NCBI GenBank assembly: GCA_002633005.1
Contig: NMRA01000478.1
Span: forward strand, 3,267-56,652
Direction: 5' to 3'
Length of the DNA stretch: 53,386 nt
DNA from: Phoronis australis
Taxonomy: Eukaryota > Animalia > Phoronida
Shown here: positions 1-13,205 of the stretch, piece after piece
Numbering within the stretch: the stretch's first letter is position 1
How the letters are laid out: each line of letters begins with the position of its first letter
Notes under the pieces: model-generated
Databases searched by the model: none
The model's input: only the letters and a program-made list of their open reading frames with translations
What the model was told of the DNA's origin: nothing
Made by a program: the position numbers and the translations under genes

Positions 1-176
1 CCCCCCCAACACTAAAACTGCACACATTTAAATCTTTTTTCATCCGTATAATTTTAATTACCGGGGTTAATTAATAAACTCACCATTTCCCTACGCTCTT
101 ACTGTTTTATTTTTTTGCGGCAGCCAAGGGGGGGGGGGCCCGGGCCCCCTGGGCCCCCCCCCTAAATCCGCCTATG
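1..176. mobile_element. Right end of a MITE (hAT-like ...TG terminus) in the paralogue's intron; left boundary not seen
   Basis: G/C homopolymer tract ending ccccctaaatccgcctatg (ends 176); the same 19-mer recurs at 24661-24679. Confidence 0.55.
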
Positions 177-419
177 CACCCTAGTGCAACGCAGTGGTTT
201 CGAAATAAGAAGTCACGTATCGACCAGGGTCGGTGCCCCCTCAATAATTTTTACCTTCCTACGGGCCTGTCGACTAAAGGAGATTGCTGATCTTGACATC
301 CCTGAAGCTGACAGGTACACGGCCAACACAAAAACTCGCTCAGTGTTTGGAACAAGAACATTTTGGACTGACAAAGATGAAGTAGTGGAGCGGAATGCAC
401 ATTTTATGAATGTACTTAC

Positions 420-1430
420 CTTGCACATTCTGTTGCCTTTCGAATAATAATGGGCATTGGTTGATCCTTCTTTTTGGAAGCACTCATTTCCATTCTCGTT
501 AATCTTGTCAGTAATATCTGCAAATCTAAAGACACATATTGCTGACTTTTCAGTTACGTCCGTCCTACTAAGCACAGCCACGAGAACGCTCTCTTCAGAA
601 ATGACTTCACCGATCGAGGCGAGATCGTTTCCAAGTTTAGCTATTGTTCCACTCTGAACGATGTCGTAATTAGTGCTTCCGTGCTTACACTCCATGGGTA
701 TCTCGATGTAGGAGTAGTACGTGACATCATTGTCACATATACGTGCAATTTTAGATGGCGATGTGTCTAGAGAGGGTGTGTGAACAAGAAAGTATGTGTA
801 GTTCTCCATGTGAAAGCCGTATTTATAGGACAACGAGATATGGGGATTTTTTATTGTTAACTTGGCGTTTAACATCGACAATCCCGGAAGGGGTCTTGTA
901 GAAATCGCAGGTACTGTTCCTGGATTCCTTCGCGATCCGTCAGTGAACGTTACCCCGACACAAATGGCATCTTTGTCAGGGATGACAACAGCAACAGTTG
1001 ATGCTTCTGGTGTGTTTGCTGCTACCATTGTGTTAGTGTTTCGATAAGCCGTGAAGTTACTTATATTGTACAGGCGTCGAACCTCACATGTTCCCTGTCG
1101 CACATTCCCGCAAGTAACGAGTGTATCGTTGTGTACTGCTAGTATTTTATTATAGTTATCTGTCATAATGCCACTTTCACAACTACTTGGTGAACACGAT
1201 TTGCTATCAATGACAGGTCCAGTCGACACATTCTGCAGCACTGTCAAGTCACTATCAACCACGTATACGTGGTTGACGGCCCCGACGGCAAGCCTTCCGT
1301 CATTGAGCTTCGTTATATGGTTCAGTATTGTGGGTGTTTCCAGGACGATTCCCTCACCTACAGCTGCCAGCAGCACAACGACTCTCGCCAAAAGAACAGA
1401 TGAGGTGGCTTTTCCAAGTAAGATGCACAT
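420..1430 (-). CDS. Second plexin-like gene (tandem paralogue), first coding exon: signal peptide + Sema; the rest of the gene lies left of the window
   Basis: Colinear with 49652-50677 (VLETPT.LNHI.KL..G.LAVGAVNH; MVAANTPEASTV; SKIARICD.D.TYYSYIEIP..CK.G). Donor AAG|GTAAGT at the same phase-0 position; acceptor ctttcag|AT at 1513. No stops in the exon. Confidence 0.92.
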
Positions 1431-4400
1431 TTTTCACGAAATACTTGGAATGCAGTGGACTACTCCTCTAATAGCGCGCCTTTAGATATAGTCGCTCTTT
1501 CGTAAGTTGCAATCTGAAAGTGTACATCATCTGCACTTTAAATATGAATCACAAATGACACGATGCGGCTAGCGATTTGACAAAAATCTGGCCACAAATA
1601 AAAGTAAAAGTCTGTTTAAAGACATTTTCCTTCTATTTAAAGATCGAAGCAAGACATAGGCTGATTGATTATTTCAAAGGTAAGCCTTTGTGTCGATTGG
1701 TTTCTGTTGTCAAAACGAATTGACAGATCAGGTGCATTTGATATGAAGCTCTCCAAAAATCTCTAAGAACTGCAATGAACCCAGTCAAAGTTGAATTTTG
1801 AAAATGTTTGCTTGCGGATGCCTTGAGTGTCTGACCTTGTTTACGGGAATCATTTGTCATAAAAGGTTCGCCCGATTTAACCAAATTTTGCAGTTTGCGC
1901 TCATGGCAACGAAAAATATTCCGCTGTTGACTTGGATGTTGGAGGGTGAGGCCGCGTTTGTTGTATGCTCAACTGTGTACGTGATGTAACAAGATATATT
2001 ATTTGATGACAATTTCAGGTCAAAAACATATTATGATATGCAAAGTCTATTTCCCAATTGTGTTTTGCGTATACTTTGCTGAAACTGCATAAAGACTATG
2101 GTAAAAGGAATCAGTAACTGATAACTTGGAATTACCAATGAAAATGAATATAATATCAGGTCAACTAAACAGTAACACTGATAAATATTAATTCAACAGA
2201 CGTTTTGAAGTATTAAAAAGCTTGCAATGGCAATAAATGCAATGGGAAATGGCGTGGGAGAGCTATGCACTAGAGGTTTGGTTAAGAATTGTTGTGTTGG
2301 TTTTCCGATTACACGTGAAAGAGAAATGTCACGTTGTTCGATACTGAGATGACAGTGGGAATATAGGAACAGCAGGTAAGCCACCAAACTCAAACTATTC
2401 GAACAGAAAGGATGCAATTCCAACGTAAAATACTCAAGCTAATCATTCAAGCTACCAAACCGGTTTTCAAGCTGGTTCTCTGTAAAATTTCTTAAGTTTG
2501 TTTAGTTCGTTTAGTTATAATACTTGACGTGAGCGTAATTAAAAATTGTGACATTCAAAATGAAGTACAATAGACGCAGAATGAACAAATACCAAAAAAA
2601 AAACAAACACAAAAACACTTAACGGCTATACAAATGTGCTACGTAACGAAAAATCGAATATTGAAAATTAAAAAACAAGCAAACCTAAATTGAGTTGATA
2701 GGAATCGTATTGTACATGTATATGATAGAAATCAAATCGCCAACGTTGTTTATCCTCAAAATTTCGAATGTTGTCTGTCTGGCTGCACTCTTATATGTAG
2801 TTAGAGTTTTGGTCAAAGAACTACTTCGGAATCTCAAAAAGCGACATCGGCATTAAGACGCTCTGTGTGTGTTGGACAAAGTGTCGGAGAGAAAATTTAC
2901 GTTAAATTGTTTAAGGTAATGTCGAAATTACCCAATAGTATGGTTACTTTCAACCGTTATGAGAAAAAAATAGGTGGTAAAAAGTATATGAAAAAACATT
3001 GAAGCGCGGGGTAAATATGAGGAACAGTGGCCATTATGAGATCTTGCATGATTAGAAGAGGCAATTGTCAATCATGGAAATGGCACAGACAAATGATAGT
3101 AACGTATACACGCTGATTTAACAAATTTGAGACCAGGAAACGTATAATATCATTGTGAGTGCTGGAAAGCAAAAAACGAACACTACGAGATCTATTTCAG
3201 TTTGCTTTTAACATGACGAGTCAAACTTCCATAATAGCTATTAATGCTATTGACACGCCTTTAAATATTTAAAAGGTTGGATGGTTTAAAAGTTCCCACA
3301 GTGAAAGGGAAACTTAAAATTGTGTTTGTCACATGTCTGCAAATCTGCAGAGATTAACATTGTAGCATTATGAAAGTAAAAACCCTGTTAGACTTGATAC
3401 CAATCTGCCGATATTTCGGTCATGCGACCATACATTTATTGCGTCACTAATCAAATAACGAAAGGTATATATTCATAGAAAAAACAACAACTATATCAAA
3501 GGTTATTTTTCATAGATATTCCAGAAAAAAAAATCTTCCTGACACTCTGTCGTAGTTTTTATGATTTTGTTTTTCTTTATATAGCCTAAAGAGTTTTTTA
3601 TGAAAACCCATACACAATACAGAATCTATTTTTGATAGCCTCTCAGGTGAAAGCGGAATTTTAAAAACAATTCCCATTAGAGTTCTGGAGATCTGCATAA
3701 AATTCATAAAGTACAAGGAACACCACCGTGGATAGAACCGCTCAGATTACTGCTAACTTGCGCAGGGTATGAGCACGCTTAGTTTTGAAATGGTTCATCT
3801 AAGAATTTGAGTGTCGTGTTTTCAAACGAAAATGACAGCGTTCAATACCGCATTCCCTGACCGTACAATTCCCTAAAGAGTGCATCTAGTGGTAAAGGGT
3901 CGACGTTAGCAATACACTTAACGTTTGCACAGGCATGCAAAAAGATTTCTTGACACAAGACTGCATTTGGCTGAGGAACAGAAAGCTACTATTTATTTTG
4001 CAATGGGGGATGGGCAATATAATGACCTCAGCTGACTCTTCTTGTGAACACTTTGGACATTTGTTTTGTACATAATAAAAGTCAAGATGTCTTAAACGTG
4101 TTATTAGCTATGCGTCGTGGTCTAACATAGACGAAGCTAGACATAATTGCATATTAATTTCAGCTTCACGCTGATGCCGAGAGAGTGAGACCTGTCGACA
4201 AACGTACTTCCATAGTAAACGATACCTACCGTGTACGTATGAAGTGAATCCGGTTAACTCCACGAATCACTGCTGTTGAATAAGCACTGTCGTTGATAGT
4301 ATAATAAACTACTCTGCATTCGGTCAAGGCATTGTTAAAAGCGAGGTGGTGATTTGACACGATAAGTGAGTAATGGCCCATTTGTCGAAACAACGACATA

Positions 4401-7073
4401 AAGAGGTAAACACCTTTAGTTTGAACATTACTGAAATTACTATCGATTTCACGAAGATAGTTACTACACAAACAATTCAGGTATCAGGGTTTCAAATCAA
4501 CAACGAGGTATGTCACAGTGGCACTAATTAAATTACTAGAACGAGGGATGGGGGACTCCACTGTTGTGACTGACCTTGTGGTGTGGCGCACTGGCAGAGA
4601 ACTTGCCGGACTTTCCGCGAGTCGGTATTATAAAATCGCACACACCTTCAGACAATTCCGAATACTAAAATATGTATCTTGTAACAGGTGAGCTACCATG
4701 AAGCCTTGCACTCTGCATAGGTACGCATAATCCCTTTGTGAGGGTTAAACACGCTCTTTAATTGGTTGAAGTTTTTATAATAACAAAATAAATTCTACAT
4801 GGGATGTCGACTGTGGCAAAAAAGTGCTTGCTTGCCCCGGCCAGCTCACCACGTACTATACAAGCTTACTAACCACTGAAACCCTGACACGTTGTATGAA
4901 CACTGGTTGTAGTCCATGTGCATTGATACAAGACAATAACGCCCGAATTAAAATTAAATTTCCAACCGTGAAACATGGTGCGCGGCTGCAACATGACAAA
5001 AGAGATTTTATCTTTTTTAAACACGAGATGTTTCCTCAAAGAAATGACCGAAATCCGACGATGAAAAGTAAAAAATAAGACAGTTTGCCTGCCGACCAAT
5101 CAGTTTTGGAGAGGAAAATTTAACAAAAATGCCTTTACTCGAACGAGGGGGGACTTCCCAAGTGCTTCCGATGAGAATATTTTTTCAGCGAGTTAACGGG
5201 CAGATATCAGTTGCGCCTTATGGTATCCAGACACTCTGCTATACTGCTATACATTTTATTTTTGTTTGAACTCTAACACAGAAGTTAGTCAACTATATGT
5301 AGGCCTACCCAATAATACTACAGCGACGTCAACCGTAACAACCAAGAGCAATGTTGCTCCAATCATGTGATTGCCAGTGACCTTTGACAAAACGTAACAA
5401 CATCGTCGCTAAATTGAAAATGTTAACACGGCGCACAATTATGAGTCCGTGTTCCATGGCGTGCAAGTATGAGTAATTCGTGTCCGAAAACTCACTTCTA
5501 GGTAAACTGCTCAACACTGAGCCACTTTTTGACGGTCCGTCCCGGCTGCACCCTAGGTCGTTGTGTAAAAAGTTGCCTGTTACTAGCAACGATCATAGCC
5601 TGCACTGTATATGAGAATTTTCAGAATCACATGGATTCATGAAATGTTAAGTGGAACATTGTGACTGAAATCTAAGCAGATCCGCCTACCTCATCCTTGT
5701 AAATCGAGAAGACGCTCGAGTCTCTCGGATACCAGGAAATTTACTCACTCACCACTTCCCCGTCGTTTACTTTCTATTGGTGGCCACTTATACCAAACAC
5801 ATTGTTACATAATTGTCGAATTATAGTATTATTGCGGGTGTTTACTGATGACCCATCGTCTTATAAATCCTACGGTATGAATAGTCCCCATGATCAAAAC
5901 CAATTGCGGTATTCTGGGGCAGTGAACAGAAAACAGCACAGGCTGGGTACAACGGTTCAACAATGAGTGATATGACTTCTATTAACTGTCCTGGAAGCCA
6001 CAAGGTTTTTAAGTGTAAGAGCTCTCTTGATCAAAACATGAAGTACTGGCCCAGCTTTAGCTGAACATGGGCAACCAAATACCCGACTGAAAATTGAACC
6101 TGTCGCAACAAAATATCAGTTGTAGTCCTACAACCTGTGGTTATATTCTAGTCGATATATCATTTGGTATAATTTGCCAACGATGTGTCAAGGTCGCTGA
6201 CAGGTTTGGCTGTGTTGTCAAGTTGTATGTGGTGATAACACAAAACCACGCTTAACAGTGACCGTCTGAGAAGACGGCCGATATACAACAGATAACCTGG
6301 TTGAAAAAGTAAAGAATGACTCGGTAAAACTGCTATTAATATTCTCATTGCAAACACTTCTTTCTGAGGGCCAGCATGAAGAAGCCTAACTAGAGACACT
6401 TGAGCAACATTTTAGGCATTTGTTTGGAGACCTTGTGAATTAATTAGATCGTTTAGCAGACGGGTCAGCTTAGAAAAACAAGCCCCTCTATAGTTAACAT
6501 GCAAGTTGAACCGCCGAGCAAACGGTGGTGTATACTAGTGCAGGTGCGTACCGTGTCCCGGCCCGCGGCAGGGCCACGCCCGTTTAATTACTGAGAGTGT
6601 CGTCAGGATGAAATCTTTACAGATCGAGAAATACTTAATTTAGTGATCAGGTTTATTCGAGATCACCCTTCTCTACCACCCTGTAGCAGTTTTGCAAAAC
6701 TGGACCCTTGGCTTGGTCAGTACCCAGCCCAACACCGTGAATAGACACCGCCGGGGAACCAGCTCAGACCATCAGTGAACTGAAAAGGTCACCCATCTGC
6801 CGGCCAGCGGCGCACCAGGTGTATGTTGTCTACCTAACCCGTCCCGTCCGGCGTCGCCACCGACTCCAAGGAACTGTTGATCGAGGGATAGCAATCACGG
6901 AACCCGAATCACAGGGCGCAAGCGAAATGTGCTCGATTGGATATTTGATGGAGACTGTGTCGCTGTCGGAGAAATTTGGAGAGGCGTCCTTTTCTATGAG
7001 AGTCGGTGAGATGAGTCCCACCCTTTTACAGATATAGCTCGGCAAAATGATCCAAAGATGCCCGGTGACATAT

Positions 7074-7232
7074 GGGCGGCACACCAACTAGGGACTAGGG
7101 GGGAGGAGGCTGTAGCCCCTTCGTGACTTTTTTCAGTGCTCCGCAGTGCAGTGGTCTATGCCGGGGCGGTGCACCACAGGGAGGCTGGGGGGCTATGAGC
7201 CTCCCCCCACTTTTTTCGATGCTGCGCCGCCC
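7074..7232. repeat. Two short related GC-rich MITE-like remnants
   Basis: gggcggtgcacca (about 7164) ... tgctgcgccgccc (ends 7232) is an imperfect inverted pair; a similar start gggcggcacacca occurs at 7074. Confidence 0.4.
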
Positions 7233-8357
7233 AGTATTTCTTTGAGTGATTTCACCCATTGAAACTGAAGTCGGACATAGTTTTCTTAATTAGCAAACCG
7301 TGTTTTTAAACATTACAAACTGCTTTTTCTATAGTTTGTCTCATTAATTTTGAATAAATAAACGTTGTCAACTGAAAAATGTAGTAGAGTAAAAGAAGGC
7401 GAAGCACGGTGCTTTTCATAAAATAGCTCGGGGAGTCAGGCCAACTAGTCAGACAATCCGGTCCCCTTTGGGCCGTTGCATTGCACAGAACAACGAAATA
7501 CATGTAAGCGCCATCTTTCCACCTCTGGGTTCATTAAAACCTTATTCGCAAGTGCACTTACCTCTGTCCTTAATGTCGTTGCTCATCGACCTACATTGAA
7601 TTTTACGAAGTCCTTGAATTTCTTTATATCATGGTCATGTATGTCGTCCTGCTCATAACAAGGAAAACGAGCTTCATCAAAAAATGTTCTTGCTTTAGGT
7701 CAGTGCGGCCTTTATATCCACAATCGGTTAATTCGATATAGTTTCCTGGTCTAATTTTATTAGGAACAGAAACTTACTTATCATATACCGCGTACTCGTG
7801 CGCAAGCCAAAGGTTATCAGCTTCGCAGGATTACTTATGACATTGTAGTGAAAGGATATCTCTGTCAAACTTGCGTGCGACTGTTAGCACCCACCACATG
7901 AGCGCGAGTACATTTTTTAGGAATCTTTTATTGGAATTCTCGATATCGCTGTGCACACGACAGTATGAACGAATCGGTGCTTGTACTGCAGAGACCGCGA
8001 TATTTTCTGAAGCACGCGCTAACTTATTCGAACCAAGATTGGACCATGTCAAATTGTTCAACCTTTTCGGCATTCACACCTAATTTAAATCATATCTTTT
8101 TCTGATGACTCGTTGAAGCTCTTCAAGAATTCGGGTCCATGAATTTTTTGATAATTCACAATTGAAATTCATGTACAATACAGTTGCCCGTGAAAAGCAG
8201 TAAAAAGTCTCGCATCCAAGTCGCCGAAACATCGATTTAGCAGAACACTATTTCTACTCCGCTTGTGAGAATCATTTTTTCCCTTTGTCATAATCATCAA
8301 TGACAATATGTTTGTGTTTGGTATCTTTTAGCTGCGAGCAGTTAAACTTCACTAGGT

Positions 8358-8768
8358 CAAGGGGGAATCAACAATTGGTCGGACATCAAAACCACTTGCC
8401 CGGACTTCAAAACTAGTCGTCTGGATTGCAAAACCAAATGGCCGGTAATCAAACGTGTTGGCCGGACTTCAAAACGTGATGACCTCACGCAAAAAACTGG
8501 TTGGCTGGACCCAAAACACGATGACCGTGCTATAACCAGTTGACAGGTGATTTGTTTGGCCATTATGTTTGAGCACCGGTCAACTCGTTTTAGGTTTACC
8601 CAACCAGGTTTTGGTTGAGACCATCTGGTGTTGAAGTACCGGACATCGGGTTTTGAGGTCTGACCACCAAGTTAGAATACCGTTCATTGGGTTTTGCAAT
8701 CCAGACAGCTGGTTTTGAAGTCCGGACAAGTGGTTTTAGAGACCGACCAATTGTTGACTTCCCCCTTG
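8358..8768. mobile_element. 411-bp foldback/palindromic element with about 21-bp internal subrepeats
   Basis: Left arm caagggggaatcaacaattggtcggacatcaaaaccacttgcccggacttcaaaac... matches the reverse complement of the right arm ...gttttgaagtccggacaagtggttttagagaccgaccaattgttgacttcccccttg. Confidence 0.85.
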
Positions 8769-10298
8769 TAAGTCGACGGAACACAAGGGCGTTTTCACGA
8801 ACTCGGAGCTTTTCACAAAAAAGTTTCTGCTAACACATTTAATTGCATAAGAATAGCATCAGAAATTAAATCAGTTTTTGGCCACAGTAAGACTAAAAAC
8901 CGGACGATCGCCGCACATGAACTTTTTTATTTGTGCGGCGATCGTGCGGTTTGTGCCATCAGAAATGAACCTGTATAAGCACCTAGTCCTCAAACTGAAA
9001 CCAAAAAGGAAAGACGATAATGTATAATTGAAACTAGCGCGTTTCCGACCGAATTGAAATCTGTCAGCAGATAAAACGCGTGCGTCTCTTGTTACTTGCA
9101 TCAACTATCAAAGAACGGCTTCAGCATTCATTCATTTCGGCCAGTGTTAATCCTAATGAAGGAAGACTAAACGGCATGTACAACACATTTTAAAAATGCT
9201 TAGTTCTTATCAACCGTCATAGAATACCTTCTTCCCTAATGGATAATTGACAAAAAGTGGCTTTTGTCACGAATCACAAAACTCTTAATGCCTCTATAAA
9301 CCACTACCGTTGTGAGATTGGTCTCAAGCTGTGACTCATCGTTGCCTCGTCCAAGTGTTCAAATAAAGAGAGTTTATGAAACCCAAAACTAAAGAAAAAA
9401 ATAAAATTTAATTCAAATTGAATTACAATTAAACAGATAAACTAATAAGTAAGTAATATGTGAAATCTCTATGGCAACGATGGGCCTCCGTAGAGGTGAT
9501 TACAGGGCTTCACTGTTCGTTATAGCTTGAGACCGGGCTAAAATGGCGCCATGAATGCCTACTATATTATGAGCCGAGCATGGCATAAATTGTTCTTTGC
9601 AAGCTCACTAAAATCACTTGTCATTATCTGATTTGAAAATGGAACAATTGGACACCAACAGTTTTTATAGCGGTTAGTGTACTCAAGCAAAGTTGTCTTC
9701 CGGCCCGGACGGAAAGCGGGTTGGTAATACCTTCCGTTACACTCACCAATATAGATGAATTTTGTTTGTCGAAAGATATCACTTAAACGAAAATATTTCG
9801 TAAATTTCGACCCTGCTTATGTTTGCCTAATTTTACTGGTAATTTCTCAACTTTATATTGGGCGAGGTTTCCGCGGAATCCTCTTTACACATGGCGGCAG
9901 TTGAGTTAGTACCCATAATGCACGAGACAGCTGCCACTCACAAGGGGGGCCATTTTAACTGGTGGTGCACCGCCAAAATAAAAAAGCTTTAATCATTCCT
10001 ATTAAATTCATTCAAGTTCGGACTTGTGTTGAATGAGCATTACCTTTCGTTACGTTGCGTTTTACGAAATTTTTAAGTTAACTGAATTGGAAAGGGTATC
10101 TTTAAGTTTGTTCGCTCCATTTTTCATTTTTGAAGTGTCATATGTAAGTTGAATATTCCCGCTATTGAGCGACTAGTACAAGCAATATAGGCTACACACA
10201 TCTAGATTGTTCATGCTGATTTCTGTAAAATGTGATTGTAATGGAGAACGCAAAACTGAAATTAAAGAAACGCCCATATTTTTGGAAGACTTTCAGGA

Positions 10299-10304
10299 TT
10301 TATT
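10299..10304 (-). terminator. Candidate polyadenylation signal AATAAA of the plexin gene (implies about 2.9 kb 3'UTR)
   Basis: Minus strand reads TGTATAACTGAAAATAAATCC..., followed by a CA and a T/GT-rich tract. A second AATAAA lies at 10658-10663. Confidence 0.4.
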
Positions 10305-13205
10305 TTCAGTTATACAAAAACAATTTTCCACAGAGAACTCATGTCTCAAGCACTGTATTGTGACATCACAATATGAAAACACAATAAATACATGTACTCA
10401 GTGGAATGTGTATACATAACCTTGCTTCACAGGATTTTATGTACCTTCTTTGTTCAATTGGATCTCTTAGCTTCAAGTTCCTTAAATAAAAGTAACTAAT
10501 TAAAAATAAATACCTGCAGGATTAAATCTAACGCCAAAGGTAACCACATTCCTATGAAACAGCAGTCATTAATACATTATACTATACTACTTACAGACAA
10601 GGCACATGGTCAAAATCACACATGGCTAGCAGTATATAAAAGGTCACATTGAAATACTTTATTCTAAAACAAGATCGTGTAAGAACACACAGTACAAAAG
10701 TGTAAGTTCACATGCTAGCTGAAATCTCACAATACCAGATACACAAATAATTATATGCTCACTGTTTCTTATACAGGGGGGGGGGGGGAGCCTTTATGGT
10801 ATGGCTTCATTACAAATGACAAAGACATTCTCATGGTGGTCTCTTCTTGAAAACACAAGTGATGGAGAAGAGAACACTGGTTCAGGAGAACAGTAGCCAT
10901 GGGGCTGGTTTGAGAAAATTGTGTTAACTCAGTTGAAGCAAGTAGTGAAGATGGAAACAAGGCTACCCTGACACAGCAGTTGTAACGCAATATAAAATCA
11001 ATGGTGTAAATAAGAAATAAGCACCTTTTACTGCCATTGAACCCCTGGAACACAACTATCTGAGTCCAATACTGATGTAGTTAGACTTTAACGAGAGCAG
11101 GGCTAAAACGTTGTTAACCTGTAACCACAATTTAAGGCCATGGAGAGTACCAACTTCACTTGTAGTTTCACTCCAAAAATATCCAACTGAGAGGCACTGC
11201 TTCAATAAACTTTCATAAGTTATACAATACCAAGCCATAAAAACATATCTGTGTCATAGTGATATAGGACAATGCCACCATGAGGTTAATGTACCATGAA
11301 GTTAAGGGACAGTGCACCAGATGTTAAGGTAACCATTGACTTAACAATTGTCCACACTCCACTCTCACAGAAATAGTACTTTCTAACCCCTAAGTATTAA
11401 AACCACGCCCACTTATAACTGCCAACGCACCACGTTTACCATTCAAAATGTTCCAACTTGTAAAACTCTGAATAAAACAGCCCATGACAGTGAAGACTCA
11501 TCACATAAAATCAGACAGAACATGTCTTTCCTAATGTCACACATGCAAACCCAGTGGCCACTGGGGCTGATTGCTTATGAGAAAGCCAGGAGTGAATCCT
11601 TATGAATCTTCCAGCAGTTAGCAATGCATGAAAACTCATGAAGTTTCCATGTTTATGTCAACCAGTTATAACAGAAAGCACAGGAATGAGGGATATTGCC
11701 AGCAGCAGTAAAGCTGTTGCTGTAGTGTGAATGTGACAACGCCTGATAAAATGAAGTACATTAGGTATGTGTGTCTACGGCTGAACACTAATGAAGCCAA
11801 CCATACCTATACACAAGTCCACAGTTTCAAGCTGTCCATGTCAAGCTTGTGCACACACCCTGTAGAACTAGGAAAACAACCTATTTTACAGTGCATTCCA
11901 TGGGAACAGTAAAATGCGTATTTCCCTTAAAATGGCAGGTAAATGTTAAAAACGATGCTTGAAAATAAACTTGATACTAGTACGTGAATGAACACTGTAG
12001 AGTAGTTTGGATGTAGAAACTGTAGATAATTCACAAATTAGCTTTCATCCCTAGGTATGTCGGCTTTACTGATCTGCCGATACAAGTGTGATCAGTGATA
12101 GTAATAATTAGAGGTCACAAAGGCTCAACTGCAACAATTAAACATTTTTTTTCTTTGTGTCAACTCACTAATACTGGGGAGGACTTTGTAAAAACTTGGC
12201 TGACCTTTCCAACAGAATTTTTTGTCAAAGGCATTTTAAATGTGCCCCAAAATTGAGCGGACCTTAGTGTCAGAAAGAAAAATGAGTGAAGGTCACACCA
12301 GGATATATTTAGAATGGAATAATTGCAACCTGTAGTCAACCTTGTCGACATCTAACAAAAAATGATAGTTTTAATTGGTCTAAATCTCCTGTCCCGTTAC
12401 ATGAGCAATGCATGTAAATTAATACGTTAACTCTACCAAATTAAATATTCATGACGTTGGACAAAGATATATACCAACCAGACTCACAGTAAGCCTACAA
12501 AAGATCATAATCAGTCCACAACCCTCTTAGGACCTTCCTTGTAACTGCAACTCACCCCTGTTGACCTCTCAGTAGTGCCAACCAGGAAAATTCAAGCAGA
12601 CATCCTGTTTGGACATACACCAACATGTATTATGTAAATGTTTATCAGCTGTACAGTTGAGAACAAAGTGCTTTCCCCTCAACACTCAATGGAGACAAAA
12701 ACACTTTCAGACACACAGTATACCAAATATGTTCTAGGAAAATCTCAGAACGTCAAATCGATCACTTTTATCAGTGCACTGATGTGTGTAGAGTACATAC
12801 ATTTTCAGCATTACTTTTTAAATGTAAGCCTTTGAGTACAAAGGCAGCAAACACAGCACCGGGCATACTATACTCTATCATGCAGCATCAAAATACTGCA
12901 GTTTTGTCCTAACATTGCATTGATTCAGAATTAACAATGGCGGAGCTGCAACATCGTCTTATGGTCAGTCATTCCACCAGTTCATAGATATTTGTTACTT
13001 CCTGTTGCTAGCAACATGACTAGCAGACACCAGGTGGCACCTACCACACTGGTATCATATTATGGCATTCCGAGTTCATAACTACCAAAGCAAACGGAAA
13101 TCTTTTTGGCAGACACAGATGCTTGTAGTTACTTGGGCCATTGTCTGTATTTTACCAGAATCTCTTGATGACCAATGATCCTGTAGTGAGTGGGGCTTGT
13201 GCCCA

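Noticed and set aside
213-419. C-terminal 68 aa of the 405-aa ORF as a secreted Sema-only protein
   Set aside because: Similarity to the paralogue stops at a consensus AG|GTAAGT donor; the tail is best read as open intron, with no evidence for retention.
5329-5589. Minus-strand frame reading HGTRTHNCAPC*HFQFSD, reminiscent of a TNFR cysteine-rich repeat
   Set aside because: Short, interrupted by stops and without supporting exon structure; chance resemblance cannot be excluded.
8380-8740. About 21-bp repeats as a CRISPR-like array
   Set aside because: No unique spacers, degenerate units that invert at the centre, and eukaryotic context; explained by the foldback element.
9480-10100. CpG-richer patch with ATGGCG motifs as the paralogue's promoter
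   Set aside because: No definable exon or donor; it could equally be a decayed repeat.
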